NCBI GenBank assembly: GCA_035549195.1
Contig: DASZRK010000017.1
Coordinates: 384,177 to 448,176 of the forward strand
Direction: 5' to 3'
DNA length: 64,000 nt
DNA from: a bacterium
GTDB lineage: Bacteria > Oederibacteriota > Muellerivitia > Muellerivitales > Muellerivitaceae
Shown here one piece after another: positions 10,408 to 18,370 of this stretch. How positions within the stretch are numbered: position 1 is the first letter of the stretch; every line of letters begins with the position of its first letter. The notes beneath the pieces were generated by a model, which was given only the letters and a program-made list of their open reading frames with translations, had not been told where the DNA came from and searched no databases. A program made the position numbers and the translations under genes.

Positions 10408-11244
10408 ATGACCCCTCAAGTTCTCCTCTTGCTGACCCTCTTGTTCGCCCTTCGGCCGTCCGTTTTCGCCGCGTCCCCCTGGGCCGGGTTGGAAAGCACC
10501 TTGGGGCGTCCCGGCATGACCGTGGGGAACGGGACCTGGTTCGAGTTCCCACGGACGGACCTGAATATCCTGGTCCAAGGGGTCCCCCTGGACGCCAGGG
10601 GAATGCTGATCTCCAGGGTCTCCTTCAGCCAGGAGGACAAAGGCCTCCGGATGGAGGCCTGCCTTTTCATCCTCGAATCGGAGACGGGCCGGGTCCTGGC
10701 CCAGGCCGCGCGCAACGGCCTGAAGGTGATCGGCCTCTATTCCCCTTTTCCCCAGGCCTCCCCGGAGGTCCGGTGCCTGCGCCTGGGGGGCTTGGGTCCC
10801 CCCAAGGAACTGGCTTGGCGCCTGAAGCTGGTCTTGGATTCGACCGGCACACCCATGACCCTCGGCACTCCGTCCCCGCGTCCCACCGCCCAGAAGGACC
10901 CTTGGGCCGATGCAAGGGCGGCCTTGGGGGCAGGCCAGGAAGAGGGAGAGGACCTTCTTTATCAATGGGGAGACTTCCCCTTGGAACTGCGGGTCACTCT
11001 CCAGAAGGAAGGGAACGACCTGGTCCTGTGGGGCGAATTCCAAGCCTTGCCGCAAAAGGCCGACGAATGGGTGAAGGCCCTTTCCCAAAAGGGCTTCCAG
11101 GTCACGACCGTGACGCGCCGCAACGATGAAAGGCCCGGGGTTTGGATCGATTTTTGGTGTTTGAACGATGAAAAGAAGGCGATAAAGAGCCTGGCGAGTC
11201 TTTTGAAAGATCCCGGCTTTGCATCCGGCGTGTCGGCCCCCTAA
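10408..11244 (+). CDS. hypothetical secreted protein
   Basis: Signal peptide MTPQVLLLLTLLFALRPSVFA. No confident family assignment could be made. Confidence 0.5.
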   Translation: MTPQVLLLLTLLFALRPSVFAASPWAGLESTLGRPGMTVGNGTWFEFPRTDLNILVQGVPLDARGMLISRVSFSQEDKGLRMEACLFILESETGRVLAQAARNGLKVIGLYSPFPQASPEVRCLRLGGLGPPKELAWRLKLVLDSTGTPMTLGTPSPRPTAQKDPWADARAALGAGQEEGEDLLYQWGDFPLELRVTLQKEGNDLVLWGEFQALPQKADEWVKALSQKGFQVTTVTRRNDERPGVWIDFWCLNDEKKAIKSLASLLKDPGFASGVSAP

Positions 11245-11332
11245 AGTTCCGTTGCGACCTGACGTCCCTTCCTAACTAAACGCAGGGTCCATGTTAGAAT
11301 GCGCTCCGAAAAATCCGAACGAGGAGGCTTCC

Positions 11333-12766
11333 ATGGCGGACCAATTGACGCAGGCCGATTTCGGCGTGCTGGGCATCGCGGTGATGGGCGAGAACCTGGC
11401 CATGAACATCGAGGACCACGGCTTCTCGGTGGCCGTCTGCAACCTGCGCAGCGACCGGGTGACCCCCTTCATGAAGCGCAACGCCGGCAAGAAGTTCATC
11501 GGGGCCCATAGCCTCGAGGATTTCGTGAAGGCCCTCAAATCCCCCCGCCGGGTGATGCTCATGGTGAAGGCGGGCGATCCGGTGGACGACGCCATCAAGC
11601 TCCTCAAGCCCCTGCTCTCCAAGGGCGACATCATCATCGACGGCGGGAATTCCTGGTTCAAGGACACCCAGCGCCGCGAGGCCGAGCTGACCAAGGAAGG
11701 CTTTTATTTCTTCGGCGCGGGCGTGTCGGGCGGCGAGGAAGGCGCGCGGTTCGGGCCTTCCATCATGCCGGGCGGCTCCCCCAAGGCCTATGAGTTCGTG
11801 AAGCCCATCTTCGAGGCCATCTCGGCCAAGACCAACTCGGGCCCTTGCGTGACCCATTGCGGTCCCGACGGGGCGGGCCATTTCGTGAAGATGGTCCACA
11901 ACGGCATCGAGTACGGCGACATGCAGTTGATCGCCGAGAGCTACGACATCCTGCGCAAGGTCCTGGGACTCAAGGCCTCCGAATTGGCCGACATCTTCGC
12001 CGAATGGAACAAGGGCATCCTCGATTCCTTCCTCATCGAATTGACCGCCAAGGTCTTCACCGTGAAGGACGACGAGACGGGCAAACCGCTGGTCGACATG
12101 ATCCTGGATAAGGCGGGGCAAAAGGGAACGGGCAAATGGACGGCCCAGATCGCCCTCGATCTGGGGGTCCAGATCCCCACCATCGTGGCGTCCTTGGACG
12201 GCCGTGGCATGTCGAGCATCAAGGAAGAGCGCGTGGCGGTGTCCAAGCAGATCAAGGGCCCTGCTGTTTCCTACTCGGGCGATAAGAAAGAGCTCATCAA
12301 TGCGGTGCGGGACGCCCTCTATGACTCCAAGGTCTGTTCCTATACCCAGGGCATGCGCCTCATCAAGGCCGCTTCGGACGAATACAAGTGGAACGTGAAC
12401 CTGGGCGAGATGGCCCGCATTTGGAAGGGCGGGTGCATCATCCGCGCCAAGTTGCTGGACGAGATCATGAAGGCCTATGAGCGCAACCCGAACCTGGGGT
12501 CGCTCCTGCTGGACGAGTCCTTCAAGAAGCAGGTCGAATCCACTCAGGCCAATTGGCGCAAGGTGGTCCAGGTGGCGGTGGCGAACGGCATCCCGACGCC
12601 CGCCATGAGCGCGAGCCTGGCCTATTTCGACGCCTACCGCACCGCGGACCTGCCACAGAACTTGACCCAGGCCCAGCGGGATTTCTTCGGGTCCCACACC
12701 TACGAGCGGGTGGACCATCCGGAACGAGGGTTCCTGCATACCGACTGGCTTTCCAAGACGAAATAA
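11333..12766 (+). CDS. gnd: 6-phosphogluconate dehydrogenase, decarboxylating
   Basis: Start is ATG at 11333, preceded by GGAGG. The N-terminal NAD(P)-binding GIAVMGENLAMN motif and full-length conservation (KMVHNGIEYGDMQLIAE) fit Gnd. Confidence 0.9.
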   Translation: MADQLTQADFGVLGIAVMGENLAMNIEDHGFSVAVCNLRSDRVTPFMKRNAGKKFIGAHSLEDFVKALKSPRRVMLMVKAGDPVDDAIKLLKPLLSKGDIIIDGGNSWFKDTQRREAELTKEGFYFFGAGVSGGEEGARFGPSIMPGGSPKAYEFVKPIFEAISAKTNSGPCVTHCGPDGAGHFVKMVHNGIEYGDMQLIAESYDILRKVLGLKASELADIFAEWNKGILDSFLIELTAKVFTVKDDETGKPLVDMILDKAGQKGTGKWTAQIALDLGVQIPTIVASLDGRGMSSIKEERVAVSKQIKGPAVSYSGDKKELINAVRDALYDSKVCSYTQGMRLIKAASDEYKWNVNLGEMARIWKGGCIIRAKLLDEIMKAYERNPNLGSLLLDESFKKQVESTQANWRKVVQVAVANGIPTPAMSASLAYFDAYRTADLPQNLTQAQRDFFGSHTYERVDHPERGFLHTDWLSKTK

Positions 12767-12893
12767 CAGGCCTTTTTGGCCGTTCCGGCTTGAAAAAGAG
12801 GCGGAACCCGGTCGAGGATGGGTGCGTCTTAAGGAAGGATCCCTTCGGGCCATCGGCCCCGAGGTCCCAAACTGTCGAGAAGAGGGAGGCATC

Positions 12894-13463
12894 ATGAAGA
12901 TCAAGACCCTGGTTTTGGCTTTAGGCTTGGCGACCCTGGCGGGGGCCGCGTCGGCGCAGAATTTCAATATCGGTTTGGAAGCGGGAGCCAATTTCGCGAA
13001 CCTGGTCGGAAGCGACCTGAGCATGGTCAGCAGTGCCAACGATTCCAAATTGGGGTTCGTGGGCGGCGGGTTCCTTTGCCTGAACTTCGGCCAATCCTTC
13101 GCCGTTCGTCCCGAGATCCTCTATGAACAAAAGGGGAATGCCATTTCAGGCACCAGCACCACCACCCAATTGGACTACATCGAGGTTCCGATCCTCGCCA
13201 AGCTCTCCCTGGGGACGCCGGTCCTGAACCCGGCTCTTCTTCTGGGCCCGGCGTTCAGCTGGAACATGTTGGCCAAGGACAACGGGGGCAACGACATCCC
13301 GAACCTCAACAGCTCGGACATCGGTCTTGTGGGCGGGGTCGAGTTGGACATCGATAAGTTCCTCGTGAGCGCCCGTTATGAACTGGGCCTCCAGAACGTG
13401 TCCCAGAACGTCAATGTGCAGAACGGGACCCTGACCTTCTTGGCGGGTTATTCCTTCATGTAA
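12894..13463 (+). CDS. outer-membrane beta-barrel protein (OmpA-like/OmpW-like porin family)
   Basis: Start is ATG at 12894 after GAGGGAGG. Signal peptide MKIKTLVLALGLATLAGAASA|Q, followed by alternating hydrophobic beta-strands and an aromatic C-terminus (LAGYSFM). Confidence 0.7.
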   Translation: MKIKTLVLALGLATLAGAASAQNFNIGLEAGANFANLVGSDLSMVSSANDSKLGFVGGGFLCLNFGQSFAVRPEILYEQKGNAISGTSTTTQLDYIEVPILAKLSLGTPVLNPALLLGPAFSWNMLAKDNGGNDIPNLNSSDIGLVGGVELDIDKFLVSARYELGLQNVSQNVNVQNGTLTFLAGYSFM

Positions 13464-13479
13464 GAAGGCGATCCAGAAA

Positions 13480-13508
13480 GGCCCGGGGATATCCCCCGGG
13501 CCTTTTTT
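13480..13508 (+). terminator. intrinsic terminator
   Basis: The stem GGCCCGGGG-atatc-CCCCGGGCC is followed by TTTTTTATTT. Confidence 0.8.
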
Positions 13509-13550
13509 ATTTCCAGATGTTGTGGGGGTGGCTGGGGACCTTCTAGGGCT

Positions 13551-13566
13551 TGTGAAAGATTTCACA
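13551..13566. promoter_or_regulatory. CRP/FNR-family-type palindromic operator, distal site
   Basis: TGTGAAAGATTTCACA is a perfect TGTGA-N6-TCACA palindrome. Confidence 0.55.
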
Positions 13567-13633
13567 TCTAAATTTGCCAAAAGGCCTTTTGGGGGTTTAG
13601 GAACCCCTTGAATGCCGGTGTAAAACCTGAGTT

Positions 13634-13649
13634 TGTGAAATATTTCACA
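13634..13649. promoter_or_regulatory. CRP/FNR-family-type palindromic operator, proximal site overlapping the -35 region of the nuo promoter
   Basis: TGTGAAATATTTCACA is a perfect TGTGA-N6-TCACA palindrome. It is centred about 35 bp upstream of a TATAAT hexamer. Confidence 0.55.
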
Positions 13650-13679
13650 TTGCGTTAAAGTCCCAAAAATACCTATAAT
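13650..13679 (+). promoter_or_regulatory. candidate sigma70-type promoter of the nuo operon
   Basis: TTGCGT at 13650-13655, an 18-nt spacer, then TATAAT at 13674-13679. This lies about 65 bp upstream of the nuoA start. Confidence 0.45.
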
Positions 13680-13742
13680 TCGGCCTATTCCGGCCTTTCG
13701 CCCCCGTCCTTCCCGCCGGTATTTCCCCTTCAAGAGGTCGGC

Positions 13743-14120
13743 ATGAGCTTCGACCAGATCGAGATCCTACTCCCCATCGCTTTGGGGCTGCTCCTGGCCT
13801 TGGCCGTGCCCGCCGCCATGTACCTCCTTTCGGCCCTCTTGGGCCCCCGCAAGGACAACGCCACCAAGCTTTCCTCGTATGAGTGTGGCATCCAAACGCC
13901 CGCCCTGTCGGGCGACGCGAGGCACCCTTTCCACGTGAAGTTCTACCTGGTGGCCATGTGCTTCCTGGTCTTTGACGTGGAGGTGGTGTTCCTTTTTCCC
14001 TGGGCGGTCCTGTTCCAGAAACTGGCCTGGGGCGGCTTCCTCACCATGCTGGCCTTCCTTTTCGTGCTGGCCTTTGGTTGGTTCTACCTGCTCAAGAGAG
14101 GAGCCTTGGAATGGGAGTAG
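13743..14120 (+). CDS. nuoA: NADH-quinone oxidoreductase subunit A
   Basis: The 125-aa, 3-TM protein carries YECG and FDVEVVFLFPWA motifs. Confidence 0.9.
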   Translation: MSFDQIEILLPIALGLLLALAVPAAMYLLSALLGPRKDNATKLSSYECGIQTPALSGDARHPFHVKFYLVAMCFLVFDVEVVFLFPWAVLFQKLAWGGFLTMLAFLFVLAFGWFYLLKRGALEWE

Positions 14121-14614
14121 AAACATTTCCCGCTTTCACCACCCGCCGTGACGCCGTGGTCGCCTGGGGGCAGAAGAACTCCCTTTGGCCCATGCCCTTC
14201 GGCACCGCCTGTTGCGCCATCGAGTTCATGGGCGTGGTGTCCTCGGTCTTCGACCTGGCCCGCTTCGGGGCCGAACTGGTCCGCTTCTCACCGCGCCAAT
14301 CGGACCTGCTCCTAGTGGCCGGGACCGTCACCTTCAAGCAGGCGCCTATCCTTAAGCAGATCTATGAGCAGATGTGCGAGCCCAAGTGGGTCATCTCCAT
14401 GGGGGTCTGCGCTTCGGCCGGCGGTTTCTATAACAACTACTGCACGGTCCAGGGCATCGATCAGATCATTCCCGTGGACGTCTATATCTCCGGTTGCCCC
14501 CCGCGCCCCGAGGCCATCCTGGACGCGGTGATGAAGCTCCAGCACAAGATCGAGAACCCCAAGACCACGCCGCCCGCACAGTTCCAAGCGAAAGAACCGC
14601 ATTTCAATTATTAA
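14111..14614 (+). CDS. nuoB: NADH-quinone oxidoreductase subunit B
   Basis: CCAIEFM and GCPPRPEA N2-cluster motifs are present. The start is most likely the ATG at 14111, overlapping the nuoA stop; the ORF track gives 14078. Confidence 0.9.
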   Translation: MGVETFPAFTTRRDAVVAWGQKNSLWPMPFGTACCAIEFMGVVSSVFDLARFGAELVRFSPRQSDLLLVAGTVTFKQAPILKQIYEQMCEPKWVISMGVCASAGGFYNNYCTVQGIDQIIPVDVYISGCPPRPEAILDAVMKLQHKIENPKTTPPAQFQAKEPHFNY

Positions 14615-14619
14615 AGGCA

Positions 14620-14655
14620 TTCGAACCACAGAGGGCACAGAGATCACAGAGCAAG
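14620..14655 (+). repeat. intergenic anchor plus triple tandem 9-mer repeat (copy 1, nuoB-nuoC spacer)
   Basis: TTCGAACCAC is followed by CCACAGAGG, GCACAGAGA and TCACAGAGC. Confidence 0.7.
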
Positions 14656-14662
14656 GCAAAAC

Positions 14663-15202
14663 GTGGAACAAACCGAGATCTTGAAAAAAATCGAAGAGAA
14701 GCATTCGGGGGCCGTCAAGGCTTCAACGGATCGCTACGGGGTTTTAGAGGTATTGATCGATCGAAAGGCCATCGCGGACGTGGTGAAGACCCTGCGCGAT
14801 AAAAAGGACCTGGCCTTCGACATGCTTATCGACCTAGTCTCCATCGATTACTCTCTAATGCCTGAGCGTACCGGGGACCGCTTTGGGGTGGCTTACATCC
14901 TGAAATCCCTGACCCACGGGCACCGTTTCCAATTGAAGGTGACCGCTCCCGAGGATGACGCGGTCGTTCCCTCGATCAGCGGCCTCTATAAGAACGCCGA
15001 TTGGCTGGAACGGGAAGCCTTCGACCAGATGGGCATCCGTTTTTCCGGCCACCCGAACCTCAAGCGGCTCTTGAACCACCATGAGTTCGTGGGGCATCCG
15101 CTTCGCAAGGACTATCCCATCACGCGGCGGCAATGGCTGTCGGCCAACGAATCCCTGATGGACGAGATGGACGTGCGGTTAAAAGAAAAGGGCTACGAAT
15201 AA
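14663..15202 (+). CDS. nuoC: NADH-quinone oxidoreductase subunit C (30-kDa subunit)
   Basis: GTG start. Sequence fits the Complex I 30-kDa subunit. It is not fused to nuoD. Confidence 0.88.
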   Translation: MEQTEILKKIEEKHSGAVKASTDRYGVLEVLIDRKAIADVVKTLRDKKDLAFDMLIDLVSIDYSLMPERTGDRFGVAYILKSLTHGHRFQLKVTAPEDDAVVPSISGLYKNADWLEREAFDQMGIRFSGHPNLKRLLNHHEFVGHPLRKDYPITRRQWLSANESLMDEMDVRLKEKGYE

Positions 15203-15208
15203 GCGGGA

Positions 15209-15241
15209 ATCGAACCACGAAGACACGAAGGGCATAAAGAA
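15209..15241 (+). repeat. intergenic anchor plus tandem 9-mer repeat (copy 2, degenerate, nuoC-nuoD spacer)
   Basis: ATCGAACCAC is followed by CCACGAAGA, CACGAAGGG and CATAAAGAA. Confidence 0.6.
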
Positions 15242-15245
15242 TAGC

Positions 15246-16493
15246 ATGAGCGACTTGGACACAAAAACCTTGCTTCCCAAAACACCGGAAAGCTCCGCCG
15301 GTTTGGAGTCGTCCGAAGGGAAGCGCAAGAAGGACCTGGTCTATGTGAACCTGGGCCCCAGCCACCCGGCCACCCACGGCACTTTGCGGGCCCTCTGCGC
15401 GTTGGACGGCGAAACCATCGTGGCGGCGGTCACCGAAATGGGCTACCTGCACCGGGGTTTCGAGAAGGACTGCGAGGTCCATACCTACCAGCAGGTCATT
15501 CCCTATACCGACCGGCTCAATTACGTGTCGGCCATCATGAACAACGTGGGCTATTGCAAGGCCATGGAGAAGATGCTGGACATCACTATCCCCGAGCGGG
15601 CCATGGCGGTGCGTCTCATCACCTGCGAGCTCAACCGCATCATCGACCACCTGGTCTGCGCGGGGGCGAACCTGGTGGACATCGGGGCCCTGACCAATTT
15701 CTGGTATTCCTTCAACGCCCGCGAGAAGGTCTATGACATCCTCGAGAAGCTCTGCGGGGCGCGGCTTACCTCCAGCTATCTTCGTATCGGCGGCCTGGCC
15801 CGTGACCTTTACCCCTCTTTCGCCGACGACGTGAAGGCCGTCCTCAAGGACATCCGCCACAACACAGGGGAGATCCAGAAGCTCATCGGGAAGAACCGCA
15901 TCTTCCTCGACCGCACGCAGGGCCTCTGCATTGTCCCGAAAGAAATGGCCATCGCTTATGGCTGGACGGGGCCGACGCTCCGGGCGAGCGGGGTCGAGTA
16001 CGACCTGCGCAAGGCCGAACCCTATTACCATTATGAGGACTACAAATTCGACGTGCCGGTGGGCACCACGGGCGATATCTACGACCGCATCTTCGTGCGA
16101 CTCTTGGAGATCGAGGAATCGGCCTCCATCATCGAACAGGCCTTGAAGAAGATCCCCAAGGGCCCCGTCATGACCGACGACAAGCGGGTGGCCCTGCCCC
16201 CGAAACAGCAGACCTACGGCAACATCGAAGGCTTGATGAACCACTTCAAGATCATCATGCACGGCATCCTGCCGCCCGCCGGCGAGGTCTATGACTTCAC
16301 CGAAGCGGCCAACGGGGAACTGGGCTTCTATATCGTTTCCGACGGCGGCAAGAATCCCTACCGGGTGAAGTGCCGACCGCCCTGCTTCATGAATTTCGCC
16401 GCCTTCCACGAGATGATCGAGGGACGGATGGTGGCCGACGCCGTGGCGAACCTGGGATCGATCAACATCATCGCCGGGGAATTGGATAGATAA
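15246..16493 (+). CDS. nuoD: NADH-quinone oxidoreductase subunit D (49-kDa subunit)
   Basis: NLGPSHPATHG and the C-terminal RxxxxxM motif are present in a 415-aa protein. Confidence 0.92.
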   Translation: MSDLDTKTLLPKTPESSAGLESSEGKRKKDLVYVNLGPSHPATHGTLRALCALDGETIVAAVTEMGYLHRGFEKDCEVHTYQQVIPYTDRLNYVSAIMNNVGYCKAMEKMLDITIPERAMAVRLITCELNRIIDHLVCAGANLVDIGALTNFWYSFNAREKVYDILEKLCGARLTSSYLRIGGLARDLYPSFADDVKAVLKDIRHNTGEIQKLIGKNRIFLDRTQGLCIVPKEMAIAYGWTGPTLRASGVEYDLRKAEPYYHYEDYKFDVPVGTTGDIYDRIFVRLLEIEESASIIEQALKKIPKGPVMTDDKRVALPPKQQTYGNIEGLMNHFKIIMHGILPPAGEVYDFTEAANGELGFYIVSDGGKNPYRVKCRPPCFMNFAAFHEMIEGRMVADAVANLGSINIIAGELDR

Positions 16494-16500
16494 AGGCTTT

Positions 16501-16595
16501 ATCGCGAAGATGCGAAGAGGGCGAAATAAGACGTAAGCCAAAGTAGGAATGGAAAATTAAATGATTTTCTTCGCGGACTTCGCTTCTTCGCGGTG
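16501..16595 (+). repeat. inverted pair of tandem GCGAAGA-type 9-mers (nuoD-nuoE spacer), potential about 95-nt hairpin
   Basis: The left arm is CGCGAAGAT GCGAAGAGG GCGAAATAA. The right arm, reverse-complemented, is CCGCGAAGA AGCGAAGTC CGCGAAGAA. Confidence 0.6.
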
Positions 16596-16610
16596 AAAAA
16601 AGAGGATCCG

Positions 16611-17090
16611 ATGCCGGTTCAATTCAAACCTGAGGTCAAACAAGAGTTCGAGGCGATCGCCGCGCGCTATCCCGTGCGCCGGGCCGCGCTTTTGCCCGCC
16701 CTTTGGCTCGCCCAGCGGGAATTCGGCTTCATCTCCACCGACGCCATGCGTGCGGTGGCGGACCTGGTGGGTTGCTCGCCCGCCCAAGTATTGGAAACGG
16801 CCAATTTCTACACCATGTACCAGAAACAGAAACCGGGCAAATACCACCTCCAGGTCTGCCAGACCATCTCCTGCCTCCTGGCTGGGTCCGAGGAGATCAA
16901 GAAGACCATCGAGACGAAGCTTTCCCTGAAGGACGGGGAGACCACCCAGGACGGGCAGTTCAGCTATCAGAGGGTCGAATGCCTGGCCTCCTGCCACACC
17001 GGGCCCTGCATGCGGGTGAACGACGAATACCACGAGAACCTGACGCCGGAAAAGACCGAAAAGCTCATCGATGAACTGAGGAAGAAATAA
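16611..17090 (+). CDS. nuoE: NADH-quinone oxidoreductase subunit E (24-kDa, 2Fe-2S)
   Basis: Start is ATG at 16611 after AGAGGA; the ORF track gives 16593. Cys residues at CQTISC ... CLASC match the thioredoxin-like [2Fe-2S] fold. Confidence 0.88.
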   Translation: MPVQFKPEVKQEFEAIAARYPVRRAALLPALWLAQREFGFISTDAMRAVADLVGCSPAQVLETANFYTMYQKQKPGKYHLQVCQTISCLLAGSEEIKKTIETKLSLKDGETTQDGQFSYQRVECLASCHTGPCMRVNDEYHENLTPEKTEKLIDELRKK

Positions 17091-17092
17091 CC

Positions 17093-18370
17093 ATGGCCGA
17101 TTTCCAGCCCCAATTGACCAAGCGTTTCAATGTGAAGGACGGCCATACCCTCAAGGGCTACCTGGCCACGGGCGGCTACGCGTCCCTGAAGAACCTTTTC
17201 GCCAAAAAGCCCGCCGAGATCATCGAAGAAGTGAAGGCGTCAGGCCTTAAAGGTAGGGGCGGGGCCGGGTTCCCGGCTGGGATGAAGTGGTCCTTCGTGC
17301 CCCAGAACACGGGAAAGCCCATCTATCTGGCGGTCAACGCCGACGAAGGGGAGCCCGGGACCTTTTCCGACCGTTACATGATGTATTACGACCCGCATCT
17401 CCTCCTGGAGGGGATTCTCTGTGCCTGTTACGCCATCAACAGCCACACGGCTTACATATATGTAAGGGGTGAGTTCTACGAACAGATCCAACGCCTGAAC
17501 GCGGCCATCGACGAGGCCAAGCAAGCGGGTTACCTGGGCAAGAACATCCAAGGTTCCGGGTTCGACCTGGAGATCTACGTTCATCGCGGCGCGGGGGCCT
17601 ACATCTGCGGCGAGGAAACGGGGCTCTTGGAATCCCTCGAGGGAAAGCCCGGCAAACCCCGCATCAAACCGCCCTTCCCGGCGGTGGTGGGGCTCTTCGG
17701 TTGCCCGACCATCATCAACAACGTGAAGACCCTCTCGTCGGTCCCCTGGATCGTCGAGAACGGCGCGGCGGCCTATGCGGCCATCGGCACCAAGGAATCC
17801 ACCGGCACCCACGTCTTCGGTCTCTCGGGCCATGTGAACCAAACCGGCTACTGGGAAATGCCCTTCGGGTTGCCCATGATGGATTTCATCAACAACTACG
17901 GTAAGGGCGTGAAGGGAAAGCTCAAGGCCGTCATCCCCGGCGGGTCCTCCTGCCCGGTCCTCACCGCCGAGGAATGCCAGGACCTGACCCTGACCTATGA
18001 GAGCATGCGGGACCACAAGACGATGTTCGGCACCGGGTGCGCCATCATCATGAACGATACGGTCGATATGACGAAAGTGCTGAAGAACCTGACCCACTTC
18101 TACTCCCACGAGTCCTGCGGGCAATGCACGCCCTGCCGGGAAGGGACCGCTTGGGAGGACCGCCTGATGCGGAAGATCCTGGACGGGGAAGCCACCACCA
18201 AGGAACTGGAACTGATGCTGGAGATCGCGGACAACATGGAAGGGAAGACCATCTGCGTCCTCTCGGCGGCCCTCGCCATGCCGGTGCGTAGCTTCCTCAA
18301 GAAATTCCGCGGCGATTTCGAGAAGTACTGCAAACCCGCTTCCGTGTCCGTGCCCGAGGCGGTGTCCTGA
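17093..18370 (+). CDS. nuoF: NADH-quinone oxidoreductase subunit F (51-kDa, FMN/NADH-binding)
   Basis: GLKGRGGAGFPAGMKW (FMN site), GEETGLLESLEGK, and the ESCGQCTPCREG 4Fe-4S motif are present. Confidence 0.93.
   Translation: MADFQPQLTKRFNVKDGHTLKGYLATGGYASLKNLFAKKPAEIIEEVKASGLKGRGGAGFPAGMKWSFVPQNTGKPIYLAVNADEGEPGTFSDRYMMYYDPHLLLEGILCACYAINSHTAYIYVRGEFYEQIQRLNAAIDEAKQAGYLGKNIQGSGFDLEIYVHRGAGAYICGEETGLLESLEGKPGKPRIKPPFPAVVGLFGCPTIINNVKTLSSVPWIVENGAAAYAAIGTKESTGTHVFGLSGHVNQTGYWEMPFGLPMMDFINNYGKGVKGKLKAVIPGGSSCPVLTAEECQDLTLTYESMRDHKTMFGTGCAIIMNDTVDMTKVLKNLTHFYSHESCGQCTPCREGTAWEDRLMRKILDGEATTKELELMLEIADNMEGKTICVLSAALAMPVRSFLKKFRGDFEKYCKPASVSVPEAVS

Noticed and set aside
12767-12830. Hairpins after gnd (CAGGCC-ttttt-GGCC; GTTCCG-loop-CGGAAC).
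   Set aside because: The stems are short with no following U-tract, so they are not a convincing intrinsic terminator.
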